Assembly (NCBI GenBank): GCA_019913005.1
Contig: JAIOHL010000258.1
Coordinates: 123,896 to 187,895, forward strand
DNA length: 64,000 bases
Source of the DNA: Anaerolineae bacterium
GTDB lineage: Bacteria; Chloroflexota; Anaerolineae; Aggregatilineales; J027
Reading direction: 5' to 3'
Shown here: positions 1 through 8,228 of the stretch, piece by piece
Layout: each line of letters opens with the position of its first letter
Numbering within the stretch: position 1 is the stretch's first letter
Made by a program: the position numbers and the translations under genes
Notes under the pieces: generated by a model
The model's input: only the letters and a program-made list of their open reading frames with translations
Databases searched by the model: none
Told to the model about the DNA's origin: nothing

Positions 1-3000
1 TCCCTGTCGTCGGCCCGCTGTTTCGGCTCGATCTAAGGCGTCTTGGATCGCCTCGACCTTTTCGTCGCGTATAATTTTGACCTCGGCCAAACTCGCATAG
101 ATGGCAGTCAGATAGCGAAGGTCGCCTTGTACGCCAACTGCACCGAGGGCTAGGTGCAAAAATTGGTCGGCTTCCTCGACCTTGCCCTGTGAAATGACCA
201 TTTCGGCATGATAGAGGGCAATCGCAGGCCGATACCACAACAGGGCTGAGGTCACAGGGCGGGTTTCTAAATTTTGGAGGAGCTGGGTGGCATCGTCAAA
301 CTGCTTACGCCGAACGTGTAGGGGCAGACGCAAGAGGGTTGCGAGTAGGTCTAAATCCTCGGATGGGGTCAGGTTTTCGGTGGTAAATTTTTGAAGGGCA
401 GATTCAGTTTCATCCAATGCGCTACGATCAAGGTGAAGCTCGTAGGCACGCAGTAAATTTAAATAAGTAAGACTGGTGTCGTCGCGCTGGGCAAGGAAAT
501 ATTTCTCGGCTTCCGTAAAGGCAGCGGTGGCGGCGTCATAGCGTCCCAAGAAACACAGCGCAAGGGCATGATCCTGATGCAGATGGCCGGGGGTACGGTG
601 CATGTCGGTAGCAAGCGGCATCCGCAAAGCCCGTTCCAAGAGTTCGATGCTTTCTTCGGCTTCGCCATACAACATTTTTAAGCGGCCTAGTTGGGCAGTG
701 GCTTGTTGTAACAAGGCGGGGTCGCCTAATTTCTCGGCTTTTTGGTGGGCCTGCTGAACATGGGGCAAGGCGCGGTCACGTTGATAATCCAGCATGAGGT
801 AATGGGCAGCATCCAAGCGCATTTCGATTTCGAGGCGCGGGTTGGTGATGGCATCGGCTTCGACCGCACGGGTGAGGACACGCACAGCATTGGGGCGCTG
901 CTGATTGGCAAATAGGGCACGCGCTTGCAACCACTTGGCTTCGATAGCGAGTTCACCCGCTTCGCCGTTTTGCAGCAGACTGATCGCACGGTTGGCATCT
1001 GCGCCAACGGCTGGATAATTGTGGCGAAGCATCTCGCTGCGGGCACGGATGACCAATGAACTTGCCAGCGGGACGGGTTCGCCAATCTGCTCGGCATATT
1101 CGATGGCGCGGCTGGTTTCGGTGATCGCTTTTTCCAAGTTGCTTTGTCGCAGGTACAGATCGGCCCATGCAAGGCGGATTTTTAAGGCAACCGTCAGGGG
1201 GACTTCGTTTTCTTGGCGGGCAATCAGGCGTTCGGCGGCCAAAACACTCTGCATGGCTTCGGAGGTTGCCCCCCACGCCGCTGCAAAGCGACTGGCGTCT
1301 AAATAGGCGTCTACGGCGCCGTTGATTTCCCCCGCGTGTTCCAGATGATAGGCGACAAGCGCTTTACCAGCATGACCGGGGGCACGCAGCAACTGCCACC
1401 CTGCAATTTGCCGATGGGTTTCGGTGCGCTCGGTTGCATCCAGATGGGCGTAGAGTGCCTCACGGATGATTTGGTGGCGGAATCTGTCCCAACGATGGGT
1501 AGGCCCTTCATCAATATAACGCTCACACAGATGCAGTTCCCGCATCCGATTCAGTTCGACGAGCGCGGGATGGGCATGTTTTTTGATCCAAGGCACGTTG
1601 TTATAAAACGTCATCCCGTCGGCGGCAGTATAGAACATAACCTGTCGTTCACGCTGACCTAAGACCTTATCGGCAAGATAATCGGTGATTTCCACCCAGT
1701 CACGCGGCCATTCTTGGGGTGGCGGGGTGTTTTCGAAATCCCACTGACCCCCGCGTCGTTTCAATATCCCGTGTTCCAGCACAGTGGCGAGGGCGACAAT
1801 ATTGGCGGGGCTGTGGACGGCTTTGGCATCATTCCCATGTGTCGGATCATAAATATTCAAAAATTCGGCAAGGGCAGCGCGATAATGTACGGGCCATGGA
1901 ATGTCGGGCAAAAAGTGATTTAACAAACGCCACGCATCTTGACCGGACAGGGGTTGGGCATGGACGGTGGTTGGAGAGGCGAAATGACTGGCTAGGGAAT
2001 GGGTCGGATTGGAACGATCTTCGATGCACAACAGTACCGGATAGCTTTCTAGGCCATCCACTAATTTTCGCATCAGTTCCAGTGACAGGGCATCGCTGTT
2101 ATCCAAATACTCAAAAATCAACAAGAGAGGCGATAGCTCGGCAAGCTGTCGCAGGAGGTAGAGGGTGGTCGAAAAAAGTCGTTCCTGTCGGCCTTCGGGC
2201 TTTAGACCATCCACCATTGGGGAGGTAATGGGGGTTAGGCCAAGTCCCTCGGCAAACAGTGGGATGGCTGATTCTGCGTCGGGCATCATGCGGATGAGCG
2301 ACAACTGCAACTTTTCATAATTGATGGCAGGTTCAGATTCTGGATTTAGGCCAAAGAGGAACTGCCAAATCGGAATCCACAGGGTATAGGGAGCGGTTGG
2401 GACATGCACCGGGCCGACAGAAATGAAGCCACTGCCACCCGCCGTCAGCCATTGCCCAATCAACTCGTCAATCAGGGCGGAACGTCCGCTACCCGCACTG
2501 CCCGTCATTAAAAGGAGATGATTTGCACCTGTTAAGCCACGCTGGGCTTCTTTGCGAATTTGTTCGCGTTCAGCCTCGCGCCCGACCAGCGGAATTTGAC
2601 GGGCAATTTGATAGCGCGTCGAAAGGCCACCGCCCAAACTAATTTCACCCGTCATGGTGAAGCCGGATTCTAATTTGCGATTACCGGATCGCCAGCCAAA
2701 GATTTTTTCGGTGGCGTGTTGGGTGACTTCATCCCCGATTATTTCGCGGGCATCGGCGGTGTCGGCAAGTTGGGCGGCGGTGAGCAGGATGGGTGAGATA
2801 ATCGTATAGGGGCTGTAATATTCGCGGCCAAGCAGAGCCGCAAAGCCATGACCGCTGGCGATTGCCATATGTAAACTGGGTTCGATGTTGTTCAAAGCAC
2901 GCTGTAAGGCTAGGGCACAGCCGGCTGCGTTACGGCTGGCTTGTTCCTGAACATGGGGCACCCCAAAAATAAGGCGAATTTCGGACTGCTCACCTTCCAC

Positions 3001-3981
3001 CGTAATCCGATCCAGCAAAGCACCATAGCGAGCGGCAACATCCAGCACATTTTCTAGGATGGTTGTCCAGCGTGGAACCACCTCATCTGTGCCGAGGATT
3101 AGCCCTCGGATACGGAGCACGATACAGGCTAGATGATCGGTTACAACGCCTTCTTGTACCGAATGGAAAGGTGTACGCAGGAGAGGATCAACAAATAGTT
3201 CGGCGGTTGCAAGGGTATTCGAATTGCTCGTAACTGGTAGGGGCGAACTGGAGCGTTTGTTTTGCCCCTTCGCCATTGCCTCGCCCACTTGACTCTCGGC
3301 AAAACTGACATCAGATAGGAAAAAATTGCTGGCGACCCATTGGCCTGCCGGGGCACTCCCAAGACGCTTTAGGACATCGCGGTGGGTGATGATCTGTCCA
3401 TCTTTGGCAACGGCTAAGGCTTGATCGGCCTGATCCACCGCCGGGCCACCAAAAATAAAGACATTGCGCTGAAGGCCCTCGCTGCTGAATACAAAGGTGG
3501 AGACATTGCCGATGCCAGCACCCGCCGCGATCTTCCAATGAATATGGGGATAACCGGGAGGGGTTTTGTCTAAGGTGGCTTCGATGGATTTTTCGACAGC
3601 GATGAGGGTTTGCAGCACCCGTCCGGCCTGTGCCACTGTTTCTAAGGGCACAATGGCAGTTAGGCGGTTCATGCCTAGTTCGGCTAAGGTGATTTTGGCG
3701 TCTTGGAGCGGTTGAAGCAGTGGGGCATAGAGTGTGTTCAACAGAGTGGTGATGACGGACGCCTTGCTAGAGGCAATACTTTCTTGTACGGCGTCATCGG
3801 TTAGGCCGTCAATTCGAATGCGCACCACAATCGCTTGAAAACGCTGAACCTGTCCAGTAGAGGGGCGCGAAGAGGTAACAGAAAGTTGTTCGCGTAGGAG
3901 TGGCGGCACCAAACTCACAAGCGAAAGTTTCCGAGAATCGTCTGAAACCGACAAGCCGTTAGAAGGGGCTGGTGATGTCAA
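1..3981 (-). CDS. Large signal-transduction ATPase: two degenerate cyclase-homology-like modules, a P-loop NTPase and a C-terminal TPR array. The C-terminus runs off the window start.
   Basis: The minus-strand frame is open from the window edge up to an in-frame TGA at 4042-4044. It is missing from the ORF track because no stop lies inside the window. My own translation gives a P-loop-like LLLMTGSAGSGRSALIDEL (about 2470-2525) and TPR-like helical repeats over about 1-1900 (e.g. LWYRPAIALYHAEMVISQGKVEEADQFLHLAL). TTG at 3981 is the first canonical start after the upstream stop. GTG near 3915 and ATG near 3670 are alternatives. Confidence 0.75.
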   Translation of the reverse strand, partial: MTSPAPSNGLSVSDDSRKLSLVSLVPPLLREQLSVTSSRPSTGQVQRFQAIVVRIRIDGLTDDAVQESIASSKASVITTLLNTLYAPLLQPLQDAKITLAELGMNRLTAIVPLETVAQAGRVLQTLIAVEKSIEATLDKTPPGYPHIHWKIAAGAGIGNVSTFVFSSEGLQRNVFIFGGPAVDQADQALAVAKDGQIITHRDVLKRLGSAPAGQWVASNFFLSDVSFAESQVGEAMAKGQNKRSSSPLPVTSNSNTLATAELFVDPLLRTPFHSVQEGVVTDHLACIVLRIRGLILGTDEVVPRWTTILENVLDVAARYGALLDRITVEGEQSEIRLIFGVPHVQEQASRNAAGCALALQRALNNIEPSLHMAIASGHGFAALLGREYYSPYTIISPILLTAAQLADTADAREIIGDEVTQHATEKIFGWRSGNRKLESGFTMTGEISLGGGLSTRYQIARQIPLVGREAEREQIRKEAQRGLTGANHLLLMTGSAGSGRSALIDELIGQWLTAGGSGFISVGPVHVPTAPYTLWIPIWQFLFGLNPESEPAINYEKLQLSLIRMMPDAESAIPLFAEGLGLTPITSPMVDGLKPEGRQERLFSTTLYLLRQLAELSPLLLIFEYLDNSDALSLELMRKLVDGLESYPVLLCIEDRSNPTHSLASHFASPTTVHAQPLSGQDAWRLLNHFLPDIPWPVHYRAALAEFLNIYDPTHGNDAKAVHSPANIVALATVLEHGILKRRGGQWDFENTPPPQEWPRDWVEITDYLADKVLGQRERQVMFYTAADGMTFYNNVPWIKKHAHPALVELNRMRELHLCERYIDEGPTHRWDRFRHQIIREALYAHLDATERTETHRQIAGWQLLRAPGHAGKALVAYHLEHAGEINGAVDAYLDASRFAAAWGATSEAMQSVLAAERLIARQENEVPLTVALKIRLAWADLYLRQSNLEKAITETSRAIEYAEQIGEPVPLASSLVIRARSEMLRHNYPAVGADANRAISLLQNGEAGELAIEAKWLQARALFANQQRPNAVRVLTRAVEADAITNPRLEIEMRLDAAHYLMLDYQRDRALPHVQQAHQKAEKLGDPALLQQATAQLGRLKMLYGEAEESIELLERALRMPLATDMHRTPGHLHQDHALALCFLGRYDAATAAFTEAEKYFLAQRDDTSLTYLNLLRAYELHLDRSALDETESALQKFTTENLTPSEDLDLLATLLRLPLHVRRKQFDDATQLLQNLETRPVTSALLWYRPAIALYHAEMVISQGKVEEADQFLHLALGAVGVQGDLRYLTAIYASLAEVKIIRDEKVEAIQDALDRAETAGRRQG

Positions 3982-4086
3982 TTTGAGTTGTTGCCTTTTT
4001 TCTATACGGGCTGTCCCACAACAGCAGCTATAGCAGAGCCATCAAATAATACAATAAGCACGAACCGATTGTACCCCAAAAGTATA

Positions 4087-4120
4087 CTTGAGGTTTGACG
4101 CAACCTCAAGAAACCTCAAG
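4087..4120. repeat. Perfect 9-bp inverted repeat CTTGAGGTT-N6-AACCTCAAG followed by a third direct copy AACCTCAAG
   Basis: Read directly: arms at 4087-4095 and 4102-4110, extra copy at 4112-4120. It lies in the divergent intergenic region between the ATPase/TPR gene and the T-box leader. Confidence 0.6.
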
Positions 4121-4186
4121 AAAACTAAGGGAGAGTCAGGTGACGATACAGTTAAAGAAACCTATGGGCTTGTTATTTTCAGCCTA

Positions 4187-4215
4187 TTGATTGCACTTGA
4201 CCCATCTTGTAGAAT
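4187..4215 (+). promoter_or_regulatory. Candidate sigma-70-type promoter for the T-box leader
   Basis: TTGATT (4187-4192), a 17-nt spacer, then TAGAAT (4210-4215). The predicted start near 4222 coincides with the base of Stem I. Confidence 0.4.
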
Positions 4216-4219
4216 AGAA

Positions 4220-4508
4220 ATCAATAGGCGTAGATGGAAACAGCGTGAATTGGGCCAATCGGTCAGCGAGTCGGGAATTATTGGTGGAAGCCCGATACGA
4301 ACTCTCAATTGATGATCCTTCCGGAGCCGTGAACTGAACTTGCACTGCAATAGTAAGGGATACCGGGTGCTGCCCGTTAACGCAGCCGCTGCATCACAAT
4401 TTTGGATATGCAGCACCAAGAGCCTCAGCCTCGCTGGTTGGGGAATTGGGGTGGTACCGCGAGATGATACACTCTCGTCCCCTTATGTGTTTGGGGCGGG
4501 AGTTTTTT
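4220..4508 (+). promoter_or_regulatory. T-box riboswitch leader (transcription attenuation type), probable Leu (CUC) specifier
   Basis: T-box core GGGGTGGTACCGCG at 4448-4461, preceded by AATT. AG-bulge AGCGA at 4265-4269. Distal-loop GGTGGAA at 4283-4289. Stem I closing helix ATCAAT/ATTGAT (4220-4225 and 4308-4313) and upper helix ATTGGGC/GCCCGAT (4249-4255 and 4290-4296). The 3' internal loop ACGAACTCTCA holds GAA-CTC (4299-4304) and CTC-A (4304-4307). Stem III is GCTGCAT...ATGCAGC (about 4388-4414). A terminator with a T-run follows. Confidence 0.85.
4472..4508 (+). terminator. Intrinsic terminator of the T-box leader
   Basis: Stem CTCTCGTCCCC (4472-4482) pairs with GGGGCGGGAG (4493-4502), followed by TTTTTT (4503-4508). 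The 5' arm abuts the T-box core, as expected for the antiterminator/terminator switch. Confidence 0.8.
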
Positions 4509-4533
4509 ATTTGATATAGGACAAGAGGATTCT

Positions 4534-5007
4534 ATGACATCGTTGGAAGTCCGTCCGGCAGTGGTGGCAGATGTGGAAAAGTTGACCGTCATCTGGCACG
4601 AACACATGCACGACCTAGCTAAACTGGATCGGCGGTTTCGCATTACCGAAGATGCGCCAGCCCACTACCGAGATGATTTGCAGGCATGGCTGGGGCGGGA
4701 GGATGCACGGATTCTGGTTGCCGAGCGGGATGGCCGATTGATCGGGTTTGTGGTGGGGTGGCGGATCAAACGACCACCTGTGCAAACCCCAGAAACGATT
4801 GGGCTAATTAGCGATTTGTGTGTGGATGGTCATGCGCGGCAAGGCGGGGTGGGGTCAGCCCTGTTAGACGGGTTGCGTGGGTGGTTTAAGGAATATCAGA
4901 TTGAAGTGGTCGAGGCGCATGTGCCCCAAAGCCACCCAATTGCCCAAGCCTTTTGGCGGGCGCTTGGGGCGACGGATTATTTGCATGTGGTACGCTATCG
5001 GCTCTAA
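4534..5007 (+). CDS. GNAT-family N-acetyltransferase (157 aa)
   Basis: Track ORF. GNAT-like acetyl-CoA motif region ...LCVDGHARQGGVGSALLDGL.... RBS AGAGGA lies upstream of ATG 4534, which is 26 nt after the T-box terminator T-run. Confidence 0.85.
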   Translation: MTSLEVRPAVVADVEKLTVIWHEHMHDLAKLDRRFRITEDAPAHYRDDLQAWLGREDARILVAERDGRLIGFVVGWRIKRPPVQTPETIGLISDLCVDGHARQGGVGSALLDGLRGWFKEYQIEVVEAHVPQSHPIAQAFWRALGATDYLHVVRYRL

Positions 5008-5021
5008 GGATTAAGCGAAAC

Positions 5022-6023
5022 ATGGTGCAGCAATTTCTTTCATGGTTGGGGCCGACACGCAAGCGGCTACTGATAGGCCTGCTGATTATTACGGGTTTGG
5101 GCAGCCTATTTATTTTGGCGCTGGCAAGTAATGAGTCTTGGTCAGAACCTTTACAAACGGTGTTTATGCTGGCGTTTTTGGGTGGGACGGGCGTGATTGT
5201 GGGAACGAAGCTACCGCGCCCAGCTCAACTACGTCTGTTGTTCACGTTGGCTCCAGCGATTGGATTGGTGGCACTGGGTTTGGTGTTGCCAGAGGGGTCG
5301 TTTACGATTTTGTTGGGGTTGGCGTTTGGGTGGCTGCTGGCGGCGCAAATGCTGTTTCGAGATCGGGTACGGATGGAATATCGAGACGCGATTAAGGCCA
5401 TGCGTAAACAGGATTACAACGAGGCTATCACAATCATCAGCGATCTTATCAAAGCTGACCAGAAAAACAGTGAGCACTATCGGTTTCGGGCAGAACTTAA
5501 TCGTTTGGCGGGACACATGGGGCCAGCCATCCGTGATTATGAAGAAGTCGTGCAATTGTCGCCGGAATCAGCGGTGGGTTATAACGGATTGGCCGAGGTG
5601 TATTTGCAGCAGGGCCAATATGAAAAGGCCAAGCCCTATGGTGAGCAGGCGTTTGAGCGTGAACCGACTTATTGGGTCGCGCCCTATAATTTGGGCATGA
5701 TTGAAGATCGGTTGGGGGAAAGCGAAAGGGTGATTGAACATCTAAATGCCGTTTTGGAGCATGGGCTACCCGACAGCCGTCACCGCTTGTTGACGTATGT
5801 GTGGCTGGCGCGGGCTTATCACCGATTGGGCCAAGCGGATGAGGCGGATGAGACACTGGCGAAAATCAAGCGCGAGGGCAAGGGCCTGAAAGAATGGGAA
5901 ACGATCTTTGGCAGCGAACAAGCGGGTGTGCTTCGGAAAGTATTGGAGACGGATGTTGAATTGGCGAAACAAGCCTATAACACCGTCGAGGCCAGTGCTA
6001 TGAAATTTTTTGGGGCCGAATAA
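5022..6023 (+). CDS. Polytopic membrane protein (about 4 TM) with a C-terminal TPR domain
   Basis: Track ORF 4953..6023, trimmed to the internal ATG at 5022 (MVQQFLSWLG...). The longer start overlaps the GNAT gene. The N-terminus is hydrophobic. TPR-like repeats follow (YNEAITIISDLIKADQKN..., GYNGLAEVYLQQGQYEKAKPYGEQAFEREP). Confidence 0.75.
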   Translation: MVQQFLSWLGPTRKRLLIGLLIITGLGSLFILALASNESWSEPLQTVFMLAFLGGTGVIVGTKLPRPAQLRLLFTLAPAIGLVALGLVLPEGSFTILLGLAFGWLLAAQMLFRDRVRMEYRDAIKAMRKQDYNEAITIISDLIKADQKNSEHYRFRAELNRLAGHMGPAIRDYEEVVQLSPESAVGYNGLAEVYLQQGQYEKAKPYGEQAFEREPTYWVAPYNLGMIEDRLGESERVIEHLNAVLEHGLPDSRHRLLTYVWLARAYHRLGQADEADETLAKIKREGKGLKEWETIFGSEQAGVLRKVLETDVELAKQAYNTVEASAMKFFGAE

Positions 6024-6832
6024 TGCTGTGGCGTGATACCCGTCTTCGTTTGGCCTTTGGATTATCCATCATCATGGCGGTTATGCTGTTTGTGGTGCTG
6101 GGTCAGGCCGACGCCGACAGCCGCGTGCCGTTAGCCATCGGATTTGCCGGACTACTGGCTTTGCTCCAAGTTTTTATTTTGATACGGGGTAAGGGGCATC
6201 AGAGTGCTCTGTTAAAGGCACAGCAGGCGTTTGTAGATGGGCGCTATGAGGAAGCTGCCGGATTGTTGGAGGGTCAACTGGAGCAATATCGGGCTAATGG
6301 ACAAGCACCTGATTTGAAATTACTGACAGTTTTGGGGAACACCTATCGTCAATTGGGGAGATTGGATGAGAGTGCGACCCTTTTGCAGCAGGCAATTGAA
6401 CAATTTCCTAACAAGGCTTTCCCGGTATACGGATTGGGGCGGACGCGCTTGGCACAGGGCAACTATGATGAGGCGGTGAGATTGATTGAACAGGCCCTAA
6501 AATTGGGGGCGCGTAAGGCGGTTCGGGCTGATCTAGCGTTGGCGCTGTATTATGCAGAAGCTGACCAAAGTCGTATTATAGAGGTAGCCCAACAAACCGG
6601 ACGCATCCTCAATGTCGAAAATTATCGGGCACTGATGGTGAACTATTTAATTGCGACCCATACAGCAGAGGCCCAACTTGCTAAACGAGTGATGCACAAT
6701 TCTGCGGCAGGGTTGGCCTATTGGCAGGGGGAAGCCAAACGCCATGCGACGACAGATTTTGGGCGACGATTAACATCCGATGTAGCACGCATTGAGGCCA
6801 TATTACAAGAGGAGAACAGCGGGCATGAGTGA
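6023..6832 (+). CDS. Membrane-anchored (2 TM) TPR protein
   Basis: Track ORF. Its ATG shares the final A of the upstream TAA (TAATG at 6021-6025), which suggests translational coupling. TPR-like repeats are present (LGNTYRQLGRLDESATLLQQAIEQFP, GLGRTRLAQGNYDEAVRLIEQAL). Confidence 0.75.
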   Translation: MLWRDTRLRLAFGLSIIMAVMLFVVLGQADADSRVPLAIGFAGLLALLQVFILIRGKGHQSALLKAQQAFVDGRYEEAAGLLEGQLEQYRANGQAPDLKLLTVLGNTYRQLGRLDESATLLQQAIEQFPNKAFPVYGLGRTRLAQGNYDEAVRLIEQALKLGARKAVRADLALALYYAEADQSRIIEVAQQTGRILNVENYRALMVNYLIATHTAEAQLAKRVMHNSAAGLAYWQGEAKRHATTDFGRRLTSDVARIEAILQEENSGHE

Positions 6833-7442
6833 ACGACCAGAGTATCCGCAAGACTATTATGAAGAAGAATATCCAGAACAAGGCGAGGACTATCAAGAAG
6901 GCTATCCAGACGAAGCTCAGGGTAAGGCATCGGTATACGCACAGCGTCAGAAAGAATCCGACGATGGGCCGCGTTTGTTAGATAGCTGGTTTATCCGCCT
7001 CCTGCTGGCGGTAATTTTGATTCTGGTGATTGTAGGAGTCATCGTTGGTGGAGCATATTTTCAAGCGAGTTCCAGTCGGGATGAGCCATTGGAAATCAAG
7101 GCGTTTCCGGGGATGCTGCAATCCTCTTATCAGAAAATAGATAAGGGACACGATCTGCAAACATGGTCGGGTACTGTGCAACTGGCTGAACTTGAAAATC
7201 ATTATCAAAAACAGATGGACGACTGCAATCGGTTGTTCAGCGAACCCGAAGAGGGGCAAGAACAATCTGACCAAACCATTGAGTCTCAAAATTATGTGCG
7301 TACCACCTGTTTACTGGATCATTCGCATGATTTCTTCGGGATTACTCAATATGCCCGCGTGACGATTGCGCCGGAATTTACACTTGAGAGTGAGCGCACG
7401 GGGATGGTGAATGTCACGATTGAACGGGTATGGAAAGAATAA
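6825..7442 (+). CDS. Hypothetical single-pass membrane protein with an acidic Tyr/Glu-rich N-terminus
   Basis: Track ORF 6792..7442, trimmed to ATG 6825 (MSERPEYPQDYYEEEYPEQGEDY...). RBS GGAGAA lies upstream. It overlaps the upstream stop (ATGAGTGA, 6825-6832). There is one TM helix (FIRLLLAVILILVIVGVIVGGAYF). I recognise no family. Confidence 0.6.
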   Translation: MSERPEYPQDYYEEEYPEQGEDYQEGYPDEAQGKASVYAQRQKESDDGPRLLDSWFIRLLLAVILILVIVGVIVGGAYFQASSSRDEPLEIKAFPGMLQSSYQKIDKGHDLQTWSGTVQLAELENHYQKQMDDCNRLFSEPEEGQEQSDQTIESQNYVRTTCLLDHSHDFFGITQYARVTIAPEFTLESERTGMVNVTIERVWKE

Positions 7443-7475
7443 AAATAGGGAAGCATAAAGGTAAGGGAATTCACC

Positions 7476-8036
7476 ATGCAAGAACCAGATTTGGGTTTGG
7501 TTCCAGACGACGCTGTACCATCGGAAACCAGCAAAAAGCCGCGCGTTGTCATCCCTGTTTGGGTGGCACTGGCGGCAATGGTTCTTGCGGTGGTTGTGGC
7601 GGGGGTGATTATTTCGTCTATTGCGGAGCCGCTGTTGAATCTGATTTCGCCGGAAAAACCGGACATCCCGCTGCCGCCGGGGACGCATTTGGAGAAGAAA
7701 GATGAAGAATCCAACTATGCCACCACTGAATGGCTGTATGGTTCCAAACTGCCGGGGTGTGAGGTAGCCGCGTTTTTTGACCGACATGAGGGGGTGGAGT
7801 GCATTTATACACCGATGGCCTGCCCAGTAGATGTTGAAGCTACAGCAACACCAGAGGTCGAACCCACGCCCACTCTGGAAGGTGGCACGATCACGGCCAA
7901 TTTTTCGCAGGTGGCGGTGTGCAGCAAACAGGTAAAAGAGGTCGCGTCGAGCTATACATGGCGTGTGGATATTTTTGATGGTTATAGCGGAGAGTATCGG
8001 ACTAAATTCCGTATCTATCTATTTAGCGAGCGTTAA
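7476..8036 (+). CDS. Hypothetical single-pass membrane protein
   Basis: Track ORF. One TM helix (VVIPVWVALAAMVLAVVVAGVIISSI) followed by a Cys-containing extracytoplasmic domain. The architecture matches the preceding gene. I recognise no family. Confidence 0.6.
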   Translation: MQEPDLGLVPDDAVPSETSKKPRVVIPVWVALAAMVLAVVVAGVIISSIAEPLLNLISPEKPDIPLPPGTHLEKKDEESNYATTEWLYGSKLPGCEVAAFFDRHEGVECIYTPMACPVDVEATATPEVEPTPTLEGGTITANFSQVAVCSKQVKEVASSYTWRVDIFDGYSGEYRTKFRIYLFSER

Positions 8037-8228
8037 GAATAAGAAGAAGACTATGCAAGTAGCGAGCAATGTCCAGAGAGGAAGGTGTCACCGTGATGCC
8101 GCCGTTGGAAAGACGGCTGCGTTGCGGGGTATTGGGGCGCGAGAAGCACAGACGCACATAACCTAAGCCGACGCGCACTAACATCAGCATCTCGAATTGG
8201 ACACCTTCTAGGAGAAAGAAATAGCACC
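8037..8228 (+). promoter_or_regulatory. Long structured 5' leader of ileS (function unresolved; T-box-like fragments only)
   Basis: A 192-nt untranslated gap. GAAGGTGTC (8081-8089) is perfectly complementary to GACACCTTC (8200-8208), which ends 2 nt before the SD GGAG (8211-8214). Internal hairpins GCCGT/ACGGC (about 8100-8117) and GCGCG/CGCGC (about 8137-8176). Motifs AGCGA (8061-8065), AGAGAG (8075-8080) and GGTGTCACCGTG (8083-8094) are present. Confidence 0.3.

Noticed and set aside
4088-4643. Small ORFs 4088..4312 (+), 4162..4419 (-) and 4425..4643 (-).
   Set aside because: They overlap the T-box leader and its promoter. The region is better explained as regulatory RNA.
8061-8094. Calling the ileS leader a bona fide T-box.
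   Set aside because: The best core-like segment, GGUGUCACCGUG, has U in place of the second G of the UGG that must pair with the tRNA CCA end. No matching antiterminator/terminator pair could be drawn by hand. It is kept only as an unresolved structured leader.
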